Assembly: GCA_964035545.1 (NCBI GenBank)
Contig: OZ037766.1
Span: forward strand, 24,172,126-24,236,125
Reading direction: 5' to 3'
Length of the DNA stretch: 64,000 bases
DNA from: Bugula neritina
Lineage: Eukaryota; Animalia; Bryozoa
The notes under the pieces were generated by a model, which searched no databases, had not been told where the DNA came from, and worked only from the letters and a program-made list of their open reading frames with translations. Shown piece after piece: positions 33,027-54,265 of the stretch (positions within the stretch are counted from its first letter, which is position 1; each line of letters opens with the position of its first letter). Both the position numbers and the translations under genes were made by a program.

Positions 33027-36000
33027 TTAATAAGTTGAGTTATGTCTGGTGCTTGCCGGTAAGCGGACTAAATAAGTGTCATCCTGTTGAATAATCTCTA
33101 CCTGATTATCTCCTTCTACGTTTTTTTCAATAGTTGGCTCAACTTTTCTCTGTCTTTTTGACAATATACTTTTCAATTCTTTGCTTTTAGAAGCAACAAC
33201 TTCAACCATACCATTGTTTAAAAATGTTGTTTCATCATTTATAAGCTCATTCGAATCTGTTCTGCTTTGCAGGCTTTTACTTGAAACTTTTGAATTAATG
33301 TCACTCTTTTTAATCCACAAAGGTTTCAAGATTAGATTTTCGTTTATGTTTCTTGTTGTTAGTTTATTTTTAGGGAGTTCAGGCGTGTTTGTATAATCTG
33401 TTTGATTATTAGATCCTGATTGGTTTTTGTCTAATGAATTCTCTCTGATTTGTTCAGGGTGTACCTTTGAAGTTCTTTTGTGGCTTAGCAAACCAGGAGA
33501 GTCGGATTTATTAGACTTTACCAATTTTTCTTTTTCAATTGATTTATTATCAACCTGATCAGGGGTCTCTGATGCATGATTAGCAACTCTTGCAGCAGCA
33601 GTACTCTGTATCGTAGAACCAAATTGAAACTCTACGTTCTTGATTTTCTCACCATCAACTGCTTTTCTAGTGGGCGGTTGAAACTTGGAATTAATCACAC
33701 GAATCATGCTGTTAAGCTTTCTACTGGAAACTTCTCGTCCTACACCATAGCCAAGTAAAATGAGAAGCACAAGCAGAACTGCTATAATAATTATCACGGC
33801 ATTGACCGCATTACGCTTTTGATCTTTTGTTTTAGGAGTGTCTTTATTATCAAAGAGCAATGTAAATTCAATGCTAATAGGTCTGTTGAACGAGTCATTT
33901 ACCATAGATACTTTACACGTTACCAGGTTTGGTGAGCTTGTGCTTCCAGATGCATATATAATGTCAACTTGCTTCATATTCACTTGAGAGTAAGGCACAA
34001 CATCTCCTACCCACTCATATTTTAGTTCAGTATTTGAACTTACATAATTCTCACAATTTAACTTAATGTTGCTATTAATATTACTAAAAGTTTGCTCTAA
34101 ATTGTTCTTTGTAAGGTATTTTACTAAAATGGAATCCACAGTTTCAACAACATTTGGATGTTTAGTATCAAAACATTTCAAAGTTTTGCCGTTGTATTTT
34201 TTAGATAAAGTCAGAGTTGCTTCCAAATAATTTTTGTTGTTTGCTTTCAAAGGCTGTCCTTGTAAAACTTCTGATCCCAGTTTTAACCTAAGCTTTTCAA
34301 ATGGGTAACCCTGATGAGCAGAGCATTTGATTTTTTTGTTTTCTCCCTGAAATCCTGCAATATTTTCTGGATCTATCAATAATATTGGACTTCTGCTTCC
34401 GAGTAGGCTAATTTGTTGGCTGATGATTGGCGAAGCTTGTGTGTATGTCCGCGAGAAAAGCGAATATGATTTTCTTTTAAAAATACATTGGTAAGTATTC
34501 ATGCCTACAAACTTACTGCTTACATCAAATTCTATAACTACTGTATAATTGGTTTGGGATTTACTAAAGTTGGGGCAGTTCTTAGTTGCACCAGAAAAGA
34601 GCTTTTTGTTTTCAGGTATTTGTGGAGACTGGCTGCCCAGGCAACCATCTTCATATTCCTCTCCTCTTTCATTTTTCAGTTTTAAAAACATTCCATCGTA
34701 CTCTTCTGCGTAGCTCAAGCCAGAATTCAACTCTACATGACACTTGAACCATGCTTTTTGTCCATATCTAATTTGATTTTTGTCACCATTTTCACCGTGA
34801 ACTTCTAAAATAGCTACCTCAGGTTCAGCCAAGTCTGGCGTCGTACCGATGGGAGCTAACGTCGGCACTAAAAAAATAAAAAAATTTATTGAGTGCACGA
34901 TGCATCTAATAATACAGTAACAGGAGCTTTGTAAAAAAATTCATTGGCTAGGTTGTCAAGTTTTGTAGCTGTAATTTTGGTCTTAACAAGAATTATTTAA
35001 AATTACCAATAAAATCAAACACATGATGTTTATATTTATTGTCTGTGTGAAAATGAGCATGCTAGCTATTGCACACCCATGTTCATACTTTGAAAATAAA
35101 TGATTTTCAATAAAACAATAAAACTAATGCTAATTTATACTTTCATAAAGTTAATTGGTATTTTTTTAACAACTACTATTTGCAAATTAATTTGTGCTGT
35201 TGGTACTTGAAACAATATTAAGGAAAAACTTTATTTATTTGTCTATCATCTATCAATGTAGGCATTTTGTGCACATATGATATTTTACATGCTTACATGC
35301 TGTATTAATTATCGCCACCAAGCTGTCAACTTTTCGTGGCAATTCAATGTGTTTTATGGTACTACTCAGCGCACAATCAACGTTAAAGATTAGAATATTT
35401 AGATTCAGGATTCCGGGTGGAATTACACCACTGACTTCGTTATCAGCATTTGGCTGCAAGACTTTATTATCAATTAGGAATTCAGTATTTGATGACTCAT
35501 GGCGAGCTTTTAGCCTCAGTTGTATGTCAGAACTTGGTGGAAGATCTTTTGTGGTGTACAGACACGTAAATACATCTGTGCTATGTTTGTTAATCTAAAC
35601 AGTAAACAATTATAAATAAAAATTAAACCATTATAAAAATAATTTAACTGATTTTTGATCGTAATTAAAATCACACACCCTAAGGTAAACAGTTTTTAAA
35701 ATTACTAAAATAATCAACTTGAAATACAAAAATTTAGTTCACTCCTCTCAGCTTAACTGATTTCACTTGTAAATGTTTCAAAAATCAACATAGAAATGGC
35801 TGAAAACACAATAGCTCAAACACACTAGCAATATATGATCTAATGCCGTTTTAATTTATGGTTAATATTGATATATGTACTATTAATATATATAATATAA
35901 TATACCATTAAATATAAAGGAGCATTGAGCAGAGATAGTTTTTAAATGTTTTTTTATTTTAAATAACTCAACGAAGTTCCTTTTTTCTTCATTTCTGTTC

Positions 36001-39000
36001 ATGTCTACTTATTATGGTCAGTATTTACACTAAATTTCACAACATTTGTTTATGTATCTGTGATATGTAACAAATAAATCAATCAACTATAAAATCTAGA
36101 AACAAAACATATTATTTAGAGAAAAATGTCTTTAAAGACAGAGTGCTTGCCGAATTTGTAATACAAGAGTGTTTTTAATCGAAATCAAAAATGATCTCTA
36201 TTAACCGACACTCAAGATCAAGAAAATGGGTAATTAATAAATGGGCCTCAGCAGACTAAGCACAGAGAATGAAAAACCACTCTTACTTACTGTTGTGACT
36301 TAGCAATGTAGAGCTTAATATTTCAAACAACTAATTTTATATAAAACCTAAATTTACACTACGGTAATGAACTTGTTTATATCTAATTTTGTATGGTTCT
36401 CATAAACCTACAGCTACAAGCCAAGAACTGCAAATATGGATGTGTTGCTTCATGAAGTAAAATATTCCTAAAATTATTTGTAATAAGTTTTTGAGACATG
36501 TTAGAACTGAAATTAAAAATATATCTATAATCTGAATGCAGCAGAAATGTTTTAATTTACTTTCTTGAAAATTTGAACTAAATAATCAAATTAATAGCAC
36601 AATTAGTTGCTGATAGTATTTAAGTGAAATCCAGCTTATTGAATGATCAAAAATCTTCTAATGCAAATACTTATAGTAGCAAGACCTTTCTATCTCACAG
36701 CCAGCTGCAGATGCATAAAATTATTATTTTCAGCTTAAGGTTTATTGTAAAACCTAAAGTCTGTTGAATGTAAGTCATAGAAAATAGCGGGTTGCTTTGA
36801 ATTTGCGAGTCCGGGGTAATTGGGTCATTTTACTTATTTTAGTACACACCCGAAATCTCCAGGTCTTAGCTATTTTTCACAAATTAGCAGCTAGTGAACA
36901 AGGGTTTTTGCCCAAAACTATTAAAATATGAATGATCAATGCACCTAAATAATCAAGGTTCTTTTTAATTTTGCTTGATTTCCCATGGTTTTTTCTAATT
37001 ATTTAGCTACTTTTGATTATTTAGGTGCGTTCATTCATATTTTACTACTTTTAGGCCAAAACCCATGTTCATTAGCAGCTAAATTGCAAGAAATAGCTAA
37101 AAACTGGAGATTTTCAGTGTGTACTAAATTAAGTAAAATGACCCAATTATTAATTTTCATTTGTAAAAGAAGCACTGAAAACATTTTTGCCTTGGTGTAT
37201 AACATTAATAGCTGCATGAGCCATAGAAACAAATATAGGCCGAAAAGAAGTGGGTAAGAAAAAGTAAATTATTGGGTTACTTTTAATTTGAAACAAATCA
37301 TGTGTCTTGAATGTTAGTGTATGTGCATGTCTGCGTGTGTGCGTATGTGCGTGTGTGGCTTAAGATGTTTACTTACACTTGATGGAAATGATTGGCTTGG
37401 AAAATCCGGTAAATGATAAATGATTGGTTGAACCATTGAACTACTTTCAAATATTTCATCGGTACTGCCATACTTTGCTTGACAGGTATATTTGGGTCGA
37501 GCCTGGCTCGTCAGTTGTGTTGTAGCAGCTGACTCACTCATATCATGAACTGTTATTTGGTAATCAGTTTTTTGGCTTCTATAATCTAAGCAAAAGCAAT
37601 TATAATAAATACACTGTCCATAATTATCATCAGTAAGATGTCTTTAAGCTCATGTTAACATCTTGACCTCCACTTAGTTTGTAAAGAAGCAGTTGCTAGA
37701 CCGGGTGTAATGGTCTAAAGCTGTTTGTAAAAATGTCAAATTTACTTTGATATCCTTACATTATGCTGTATCAATTAAAGGATCATGACATACACTTTTA
37801 GAAAACCGCAAGGTTAGCAGAAGTGTTGATCACTTTACCAGGCTATTGCAAAGCATACCTATTTCGACTTGCAGCTCATTACAAGATGTTTCCACAAAAA
37901 GTAAAGATTCCCAGGCATTAAAAAGAGAGCTTAGCGCTGATTGGTTTTTCGGAGGGCAGTACGCTACTTCTTTTGTAGTTGCATTTATCTCTTTGGTAAT
38001 CTTTAGCTGTTGTGTAAATTAAATGTACTAATTACAAAATCTTTAACATTTCCTCTTTCTGTTGGCACAGTCTAAAATACTGAAGGCTAAAAATTTAAAC
38101 ACTGAATGATTAAAGGTGAAGCAAGTATGTAAGTCAAGTTCGATCACTTTTACCTGCTAAAAAATTTTGGCGTACGGTAAATACTTTTAGTCAAAAGCCA
38201 TCTATAAATATAGTGTGCAAAACTAATCTATATGGAAATATGAGCAAATTGTGTTCTGAATTTTTATGCATACTAGACTACCTGTAGCCGCTCTGGTGGC
38301 TTGCTGAAGTCAACTGAACAAGTGAAGTTGATGAATTGATTTGTAAAAACAGGTTCCGTCGCTTCTAAACTTACATCCATCTTTGTGATGTTCAGAAAAA
38401 CAAATGGGGGAACAGCCGGTATGCTTTTTCTACAAACATATTATCTTTAATGTTTTTGTTACCCGAATCCTTTTGTTCTGTCCTCCAAAATATTCTAACA
38501 ATAAAATACATGGATCGTTACTCTGTATTTTTAAAGTGTGACTAGAAGGATTCTGTTCAAGATTGAGAGTGCATTTTACAAGCAAGCTACCAACAGAAGA
38601 AATTCACTGTAGATGTCATGCGTTTTTATTTCTACTCTTTATGCAATTGCATTGCTAATATTTTATTGCTGCTATTTTTTCAGTATTTGTCTACTCTATT
38701 ATAAAATATTTGTTTCAATAATATTGAATCAGTGACAGCCAACTAAAGGTGCTAATTAATCATAATATCCTGCTGTTATATCAATTGCCACATTAGTATC
38801 CAAATTCCCATCTACAAACTACAACAATGCAGCTATATTATGTTGTATATATAATATATCTTCATAAGGCATGTATGCTACTTTCAAACTGTGTGCATAC
38901 TTTTAAAGTTTAACCAATAGAACTGTGATTATAATATATTTTGAGCTTAAATCACACAATGTCCATGGGGAAAACTCATTGGAAACATGCGCATGAACTA

Positions 39001-41957
39001 TAATGTTGTAATGGTCAAATGTCTACTTGTGTGTCAGCCAGTTTATAGTAATATTATTTATCTCAACTTTAAGCAATACACATGCTATTTTTAGTCTTCT
39101 ATTTTGTTGTCCTGTGAGAAATTTATTGGAAAAAGTTATTATTTTCAATCCAGAAAATAGGTTATGCAAATAGCTTACGTAATGAAAGTTTTGTCTTGTA
39201 CCATTCTCCCTCCATCAGAGCATTGCACCATATTTGCTCCTGGATTGAATGTAAAGTCTCCAATAACCTCACTACCTTTTCGCTGAATGTTGGAAAAGTT
39301 CGAAGAGCCTAAAGCAATGAACATCAGGTTCAAAAATATGAGCTAAGCTAGCTGAGACCCTCATTCAAACAAACGCACACACATGCAAGTGTGCATTATG
39401 CACAAGTAGCATATGTTGCATACAATCACACAGAGTATACGCACATTCATACACAACACATAACCATATTATTATACAAAAACCACTTTTGTAACCTTAA
39501 TCCGTAATAATTTAACTGCCACATGTAACCAACTAACAATTTAAGATTGAAGCAATGAGCAGTTTTCTTTGGGAAAGTGCTATTTCATTCAATGACTATA
39601 ATACCACGTAAATTAATGATGATTGTTATTAGGAATGCACTGTAATGTGTTATAATATAGTTATAATATAGTTATAATATAATCAAGCTGAGATATAAAA
39701 TCTTGCATCATAGAGCTACATGCATGTTTTTAAATGGTTGCTTGTAATTTTTACAAATATATACTGAAATAAACTGAGTTTGAAAAAATATATCGGCATA
39801 ATACCAATTCAAAACAGCCAGTTTAGTAATTCAGTTTAACAGAGTATTTAGTTGCGAATTACTAACTTATACAGATTCACAATCAAAAATTTATATACTT
39901 TCTTTTATTTGTTCAAACATTTCACTTTATACCTGGAGGTAGGATTTGTAGCTGAGGGGTAGAGAAAGAGTTGCTGCTGTTACAGAATGCTGTAACTTGA
40001 GCAGTCATGCCAGTGTAGAAGAATCTAAGAGCTAAGTCTATAGTCTGACTCCCAATATCAAACAGCTTTAGAGACACTGGAGCTGAGGCTACTACATATT
40101 CTGTTAGTCCCCCAAAAAAGCCAGAAGTTGCATAAATCAAGTTGCATTTGTAGCTGGCCTGATCTTTATACGCCCTGCCAAACAATTTTATATTTGTATA
40201 ACCCTGATATTTCTATAAGCAGAACTATAAACATATGTATATAGCAACAATATGTCTGACTCGTACAATGTTATCAAGAATCCACTAATATCTTCAAATA
40301 ATTTCGACTAATATGCAAAATATTATGGGACTACTGTGCTTGAACATAATGGAATCATGATGCTATAAGGTTTCCAGTATAAAAAAAAATTGAGATAATT
40401 TTGAATCAACTAAACATATGGGCGATTAGCAACTTCTCTTTCTAGAATGAATCCAGAAATTTGCGCCATTCTTACTGTAGTGATGAGTTTACCCAGTGGT
40501 CCCAGTGGTGTAATGGTTAGCACACTTGCTTTCAAGCCAGAGGTCTCGGGTTCGATTCCCAGTGACAGTAAAATCATTTTTCACTTACAGTGTACAGACC
40601 GAGTTATAATAAATGAGAAAAAAAAACAGCTGTTTTGATCATATCTGAATAACACTTATGCCAAAATTTTAGCCAGTAGATCTTTAAGAACTAAAATTAT
40701 ATTATGATAAAATTATTTGCACAATTTAGCATCTTAAGTTATATTAGATTATAAACTATAGCTGAAGCTTTTTAAAACACTAAATTTTTGCTCACGATGG
40801 GTCGTGCATGTTCTCATTTATCGGAATTGACACTGTGACCCATTTCTGTCCTTGAACTGTTTGCACTCTGCTGCAGTTAACATTGGTAACGTCTAAGTTG
40901 ATCCATTCATATGGGGCTTTGTCAGAGCATACTTTACCATAATCATAGCTGCCAGAAAGGAACTTCTGTATCATTACAAACTCAACTCCAACATAACTGT
41001 CACTTCCACTCACAGTAGTCTGCAAATTAAAGTAATAATAAAATATTCCAAGCCATGCGCAAATTTGACTGATTGCAGTTTTAGTGTTGTGTTTTGTTGA
41101 AAGATTTGTTTTGGCATTTCTACATTTTCAGATAATAATATCACTCATATTAAATAATTGTAGGCCTATTGAATTAAGCTTAATGACAGTGTTGAGACAT
41201 TTAAATGTGCTGTTATATATAGACTGTGTAAAATAATAGACAAACTTTAGGAAAGTTTATGATAGTTTACTAGTTTACTGAGAAAGTTATTAATTTGTAT
41301 GACAGCTATGAATGCTATAATAAATACATTTTTGCCTGCCATTACAAAATTATTACAGATGTATAAATAGTAAATTTTTACAGAGCGAAAAAGAAGGGTG
41401 GCTGCAAGCAAATTTTAAATTTAATAAATGATTTCATGGTGCATGAATTGCATTCGTCACTTATTACTTTTGTAAAAAAAACTTGCATGTGGCAATTATA
41501 AGCAGGAGTTGAAACATTGAATATAAAGCCACTCATAATTTATTTAACTTTTTATTTAAATACACAGCGTAAGAGTTTTTATGTAGATGAGTCATAAGAC
41601 TAGTTAAAGAAACTGTCAAGATGTCCTCCTAATAATCAATAATATAGTTGTAATCAAGCAATATTTGGTAAGGTAAACAAAGGTGAGGCAATAAAGTGTA
41701 ATCAACTGAAACAATGCATGTGTTATAGTAGCTCTAATCATTTTGAGTGAGATACAACAAGTATAATATATCAATTTATTAACCTTGCAAGTGAAGTCAA
41801 ATGTATCGCCATAATAATTCAGTTGGTGAGGCTTTGTGATCTCAAGGGTTGCCGAAGACTGAGCACTGCTTCCATCTAACGTCACCAAGATATAGAAGCT
41901 TAGGCTATAAATACTCTTCAGTAAATGACTCATACAGGTGCAGAAAGCTTTCGTCAT
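33027..41957 (-). CDS. Multi-immunoglobulin-domain single-pass membrane protein; exons approx. 41783-41957, 40796-41019, 39933-40212, 39179-39308, ~38282-38428, ~37859-38004, ~37377-37585, 35297-35594, 33027-34867
   Basis: Signal peptide followed by Ig-type Cys motifs (FDFTCK, ASYKC, AWFKC/TYQC, KIKCSA/NGKTLKC, LNC/YEW/VTC); TM AVIIIIAVLLVLLILLGYGV; long cytoplasmic tail. Boundaries of the middle exons are approximate. Confidence 0.75.
36822..37144. mobile_element. MITE with ~135-bp imperfect TIRs (GGGTCATTTTACTT...AAGTAAAATGACCC), TSD AATT
   Basis: TIRs and 4-bp flanking duplication read directly; second copy at 48299-48683. Confidence 0.88.
40498..40570 (+). pseudogene. tRNA-like fragment (tRNA pseudogene or SINE head)
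   Basis: A-box TGGTGTAATGGTTAGCAC, B-box GGGTTCGATTCCC, possible TTC loop; no paired acceptor stem. Confidence 0.6.
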
Positions 41958-43617
41958 CTTCTAAACCTTATATAATGGTTTATTAACTCAGGCTCTAACA
42001 ATTTGTAGTTAAATTTTAAAAAAGATAAAAGTTATAAAAAAATTATTAACATAATATTATTCAAAAACAATATGGCCGATAAGTCAAATTAATTTGTTTT
42101 ACTATAACATTGGCTTAAACTAGTTCACAATATAATTCATTTTATGAATAATTCTATATGTTTGTAAATAAAATAAAATTTTGTATGATATAGATTTTTG
42201 TACAAGTCAACTTGTAGAGTTTGAAAAACTAAATGAATGACATTGTAATGATGTTCAGATGTAAAAATTATCTGAGAAATATATAAGTTTATGAAGTATA
42301 GCTATCAGCATATCACTGCATTCCCATGTTTAGCATTATTCGAATAGGTTTTTCATCCAATGCAACCTCAACTCTATCCGTATATATACGGATAGAGTAT
42401 ACTTGTATACAAGCATCAAATATGGATTCATTTGAAGCATGTATAACTCTAGTGACTGATGAACCTATCAATAGCTAAAGCCAGATAAGCCTATATATAT
42501 AATATGTACATGTTGGACCACCGTATAAATATAGCAATGTTTTAATGAGTTCAAAATATATCATTGTCAAAGCTTACAAACTATGAAATAATTCCCTAAA
42601 TTAGGGCTGTCCAACAGGCTGCCCCAGGGCTGGACGTGGCTCCCAGCCTACATTTATGTTGCCCTCAAAGGCATAAAGCCAAAAATATTTTTCTCAAGTG
42701 AAATCAGCTATGAAAATTATATTATGAGTGTGGAGTGGAACTTACATCAATCCCGAAGCAAAGCTAGTTCACCCTCTAAACAAGTATGCCTTTCAATATG
42801 AATATGCACGTCGACCATAATAGAATTAGGAAATTATTTTGCTTATGAAGCTAACACATACAAGTCACCAAGTGTAGTCACGCCAACACTAGAGCAAACA
42901 TTTCATTGTTTTTATTTTTGAAATAGTTTGAAGTTATTTTTATTTGTGCATACGTTCAAAAAAAATTATTAATAATCAGAAGTAGAAACTACTGTGTATT
43001 ATAGAGTCACAATAGATGAGATATTGAATCACTAATTTTAAATAAATTATTGATTAAAAGCTAAATTTAGTAAACAGCTAAGCAAATGCATAGTCTAGTT
43101 AATAATGTAAACGTGTAAAAAATTTTATTGAAAGACATTTGTTATAGATATTTAACTATCTATGCCACTTTATTTAGAGTAAACATCTTTGTTATATATT
43201 ACACTGAGAGTTCAATTCTTGTATATATAGGTATAGCAAATGCAATTTTATATATTTTATAAAAATAATATAAATATTTTTTTTAATCTACTTAATATTT
43301 AGAATTGTGAGGATTGTGATGAAATTATACATCTCAGCTATTGGAGTGTATACTTATTGAAGTCAATAAGGCTAGTATGGACAGGTTTTAGCCAAGATAA
43401 AATTACGATAATAGCCATAAAGAGTACAACTTAAGTTTGCATAATGAATATTGGTATGTAATTATTAAAACACAAACACATGCAAAATCTGTGATTTGTT
43501 TGAATAGAATATAAGTTGTAGATAAAACATTTGTGCTGTATTCATGTGTACATAATGCTCGTAAAATTTGTTCATTTTACTCAACAAGTAATTGCTGTAG
43601 TCAAGAATTAAAGGGAT

Positions 43618-51765
<8,148 letters not shown>

Positions 51766-52955
51766 CTACAAGAATAACCTAGTAGTACAGATGGTCATAA
51801 TGCCCACAACTATATACTATGGTAAAGTGAAAATTGATAGCTTTTGTACAGCTTCAGTTAAAAGCTATAAGTCTCCATATTTACATAATTAGATGCTAGT
51901 CGGTAGTCACTGCATACTATTGTTGGGGTATTCTAAGCTATAGCATGCTGAAAACATAGTGTTTGTTGTAGTGTTTTAATTCACCAGGTTTCTCACACTG
52001 TAACGAGTGGCATGCTGGCTTTGCAAGTTTTCAATGGGAACACTTAATTTTACATTTTTTACTGAGTACTTCGAATTTAGATAAAGTTTTTGTTTCGCGC
52101 CAGAACATGCATTATATTGGTTAACATGGGTAGTGCTGATCAGAGAAGCTATAAATAGATTATGATAAATATAGTATTGACTGGTAACAGTTATCATAAG
52201 TAACTAGTCATTAGCTTCTGTAGTCATAGTAATATTTTTACAGTGATAGAATATCTTGAATTCTATTGGCTGGAAATTAGGGTATTCTCCTACTGCAGTA
52301 AAAATTTTCCCTTTTATTATTGAAATTTGTATTTGCATTTGCATTCTTGTTACTGAAACACAAACGGCTCGCATCTTATCAACTCTTTAACAGTTTAAGG
52401 TGAGTGAAGATCAACTGTATTCTGTTTAATATTGTGAAGTTTCCAGCAGCATTTGCTTTAAAGTCTATAAAAATATAAATTCTTTGTATGAGATCATATC
52501 TCAACTATAAGTAAATTGAGAAAGAGCAGGTGCATGGCTATAATAGCTTACTTGTTATTGAAACTCTTTAAATTTAGGTGCGGTAACAGAGAAATTTAGA
52601 AAAGCCGGTGTTCTAGATTAGAAATGGAGTGAAATAAGTTATGTTCGTGCATGAATTTCAACATGCACCCCATACCAAAATCTAATAAAAGTTAAAGAGC
52701 ACTTAGCCTATCTTAATTTCACCACTGCTGGGTATAAATGTAAAACCATGTACCGTAAGAATGCTTGGATAATATAATATGTAGTTAGCAGTTTTAGTTT
52801 ATGGCCTCAGCTTAGCTTGAATTTTTTTACAAGAAAGTTTTCCTTCAGCCAATAATATATTTTAATATAATATAATAATATATAACATACAAAATATAAT
52901 ATTATAATATATAGAATACAATACAATATAAAACAATATTATTGGCAGGAAAAGC

Positions 52956-54265
52956 ATGAGTTTGTGGAATTTTCTGAGAGTGACAAGTTTAGTCTTTCTG
53001 CTGTTCACAGCAGCCAATGGCTATAAGGAGGAAGCTGATGGGAAGGCAGGAGAGCCAACGATACACCGGCGTTGCGTCCCAACTTGGAAAACAAAGATTA
53101 TTATTGGCACTGCTGCAGTGGTGCCACATACGCCCTTGGAGGCCTTGTACTAAGTAATCAATGCAGCAACTGCATTAATTTAGTTGAACTTTAAATTTCA
53201 GTTCTTTTTACTCATGACCAACCTCCGTGAGCTCAACCGATAAACAAAAATAGATAAGATTTTTTTCATATTAAGTAGACAACTTCTAGGAGTCGGCAGG
53301 CTACAGATTATGCAGGATTTATAGGTAGCTTTGTGTAGGTGGGACTGAAATGTTAGGAAAAATAATGCCTAAGTAGTTTCATTTTTATATACCTTTTGAA
53401 AAAAGTAGGTGAAAAGCATAATACAGCACTTGAAAAACAATCTTAAATTATATAATGTTACGCAATTGTGCCTCAAAACTTTTTATGAGTAAGTAAGTAA
53501 TAAGCTGCAAGTACTTGTACCTATGTATATATTTAAGTAAATTAACTGATGTTTAACTTCGTATTAATCTTACATTGATGATGCTAACCAGCTTAGCGCT
53601 TAGTGACTATTAAATAAACTATTTTTATTCATGCTGAAAGTGAAGTCACATATTCTAGTCGATTTCAACTGAAATGTGTCATAAGTTTAGTATAAAAGTT
53701 TCAAGTTTTTATGTAATTTGTTCAATCTTTACATTCAAATCTTGCCAATAGATTTTAGGATTTCTTTCATAGAATTCTACAAAAAATGCATATTATAGAT
53801 AAATTTGGTTTGGGGCATTTGTAATTCTTTTAGATTTCCTTGGAGCTACTCCTGCTGGCATAGGCGCTGGCACAGTGATGTCTTTTGTTCAATCTATGAT
53901 TGGAAATGTAGGCAGAAACTCCGCCTTTGCAATGCTCCAGTCTCTTGGTAAGCCATGTTTTGTGATGAGTTTATAGTAAAATAAGTGTCAGATTTTGCAA
54001 AATTTGTTTGCAATACTTCATTAAATCGTCTAAGTGTTTATGTAAACCTTATAACATACATTTTTAAGCTTTTCCTTATTCCATATATTAATATAAGTTT
54101 TGTAAACTGGCTAATGACATCACAAGTTATTTACTTTCACAACAAATTACAGGTGCCAAGGGTGTGGATGTTAAGTCAGCAGCATCAATTGCTGCCTACA
54201 TTGCCAGAAGTGATGTACCAGACACATTAGCCCCTCTCCTAGGAGTAGAGTGTGAAAACTACTGA
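52956..54265 (+). CDS. IFI6/IFI27 (ISG12)-like small membrane protein; exons 52956-53153, 53834-53947, 54153-54265; 1-nt frameshift near 53120
   Basis: Signal peptide; exons 2-3 give LGATPAGIGAGTVMSFVQSMIGNVGRNSAFAMLQSLGAKG, matching the ISG12 motif (GFTxxGIAAGS...S.A.LQS.GA). Exon 1 joins only if one G is added at GTGGTG. Confidence 0.72.

Noticed and set aside
35460-35490. Apparent frameshift in an Ig-gene exon
   Set aside because: Careful reading gives a continuous frame (NTEFLIDNKVLQP); the ORF track simply starts at an internal TTG.
40498-40570. Functional tRNA gene
   Set aside because: A and B boxes are present but acceptor and anticodon stems do not pair properly.
42602-42670. Possible hAT/Charlie-type terminal sequence (TAGGGCTGTCCAAC...)
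   Set aside because: No matching opposite terminus or TSD found; too short to support.
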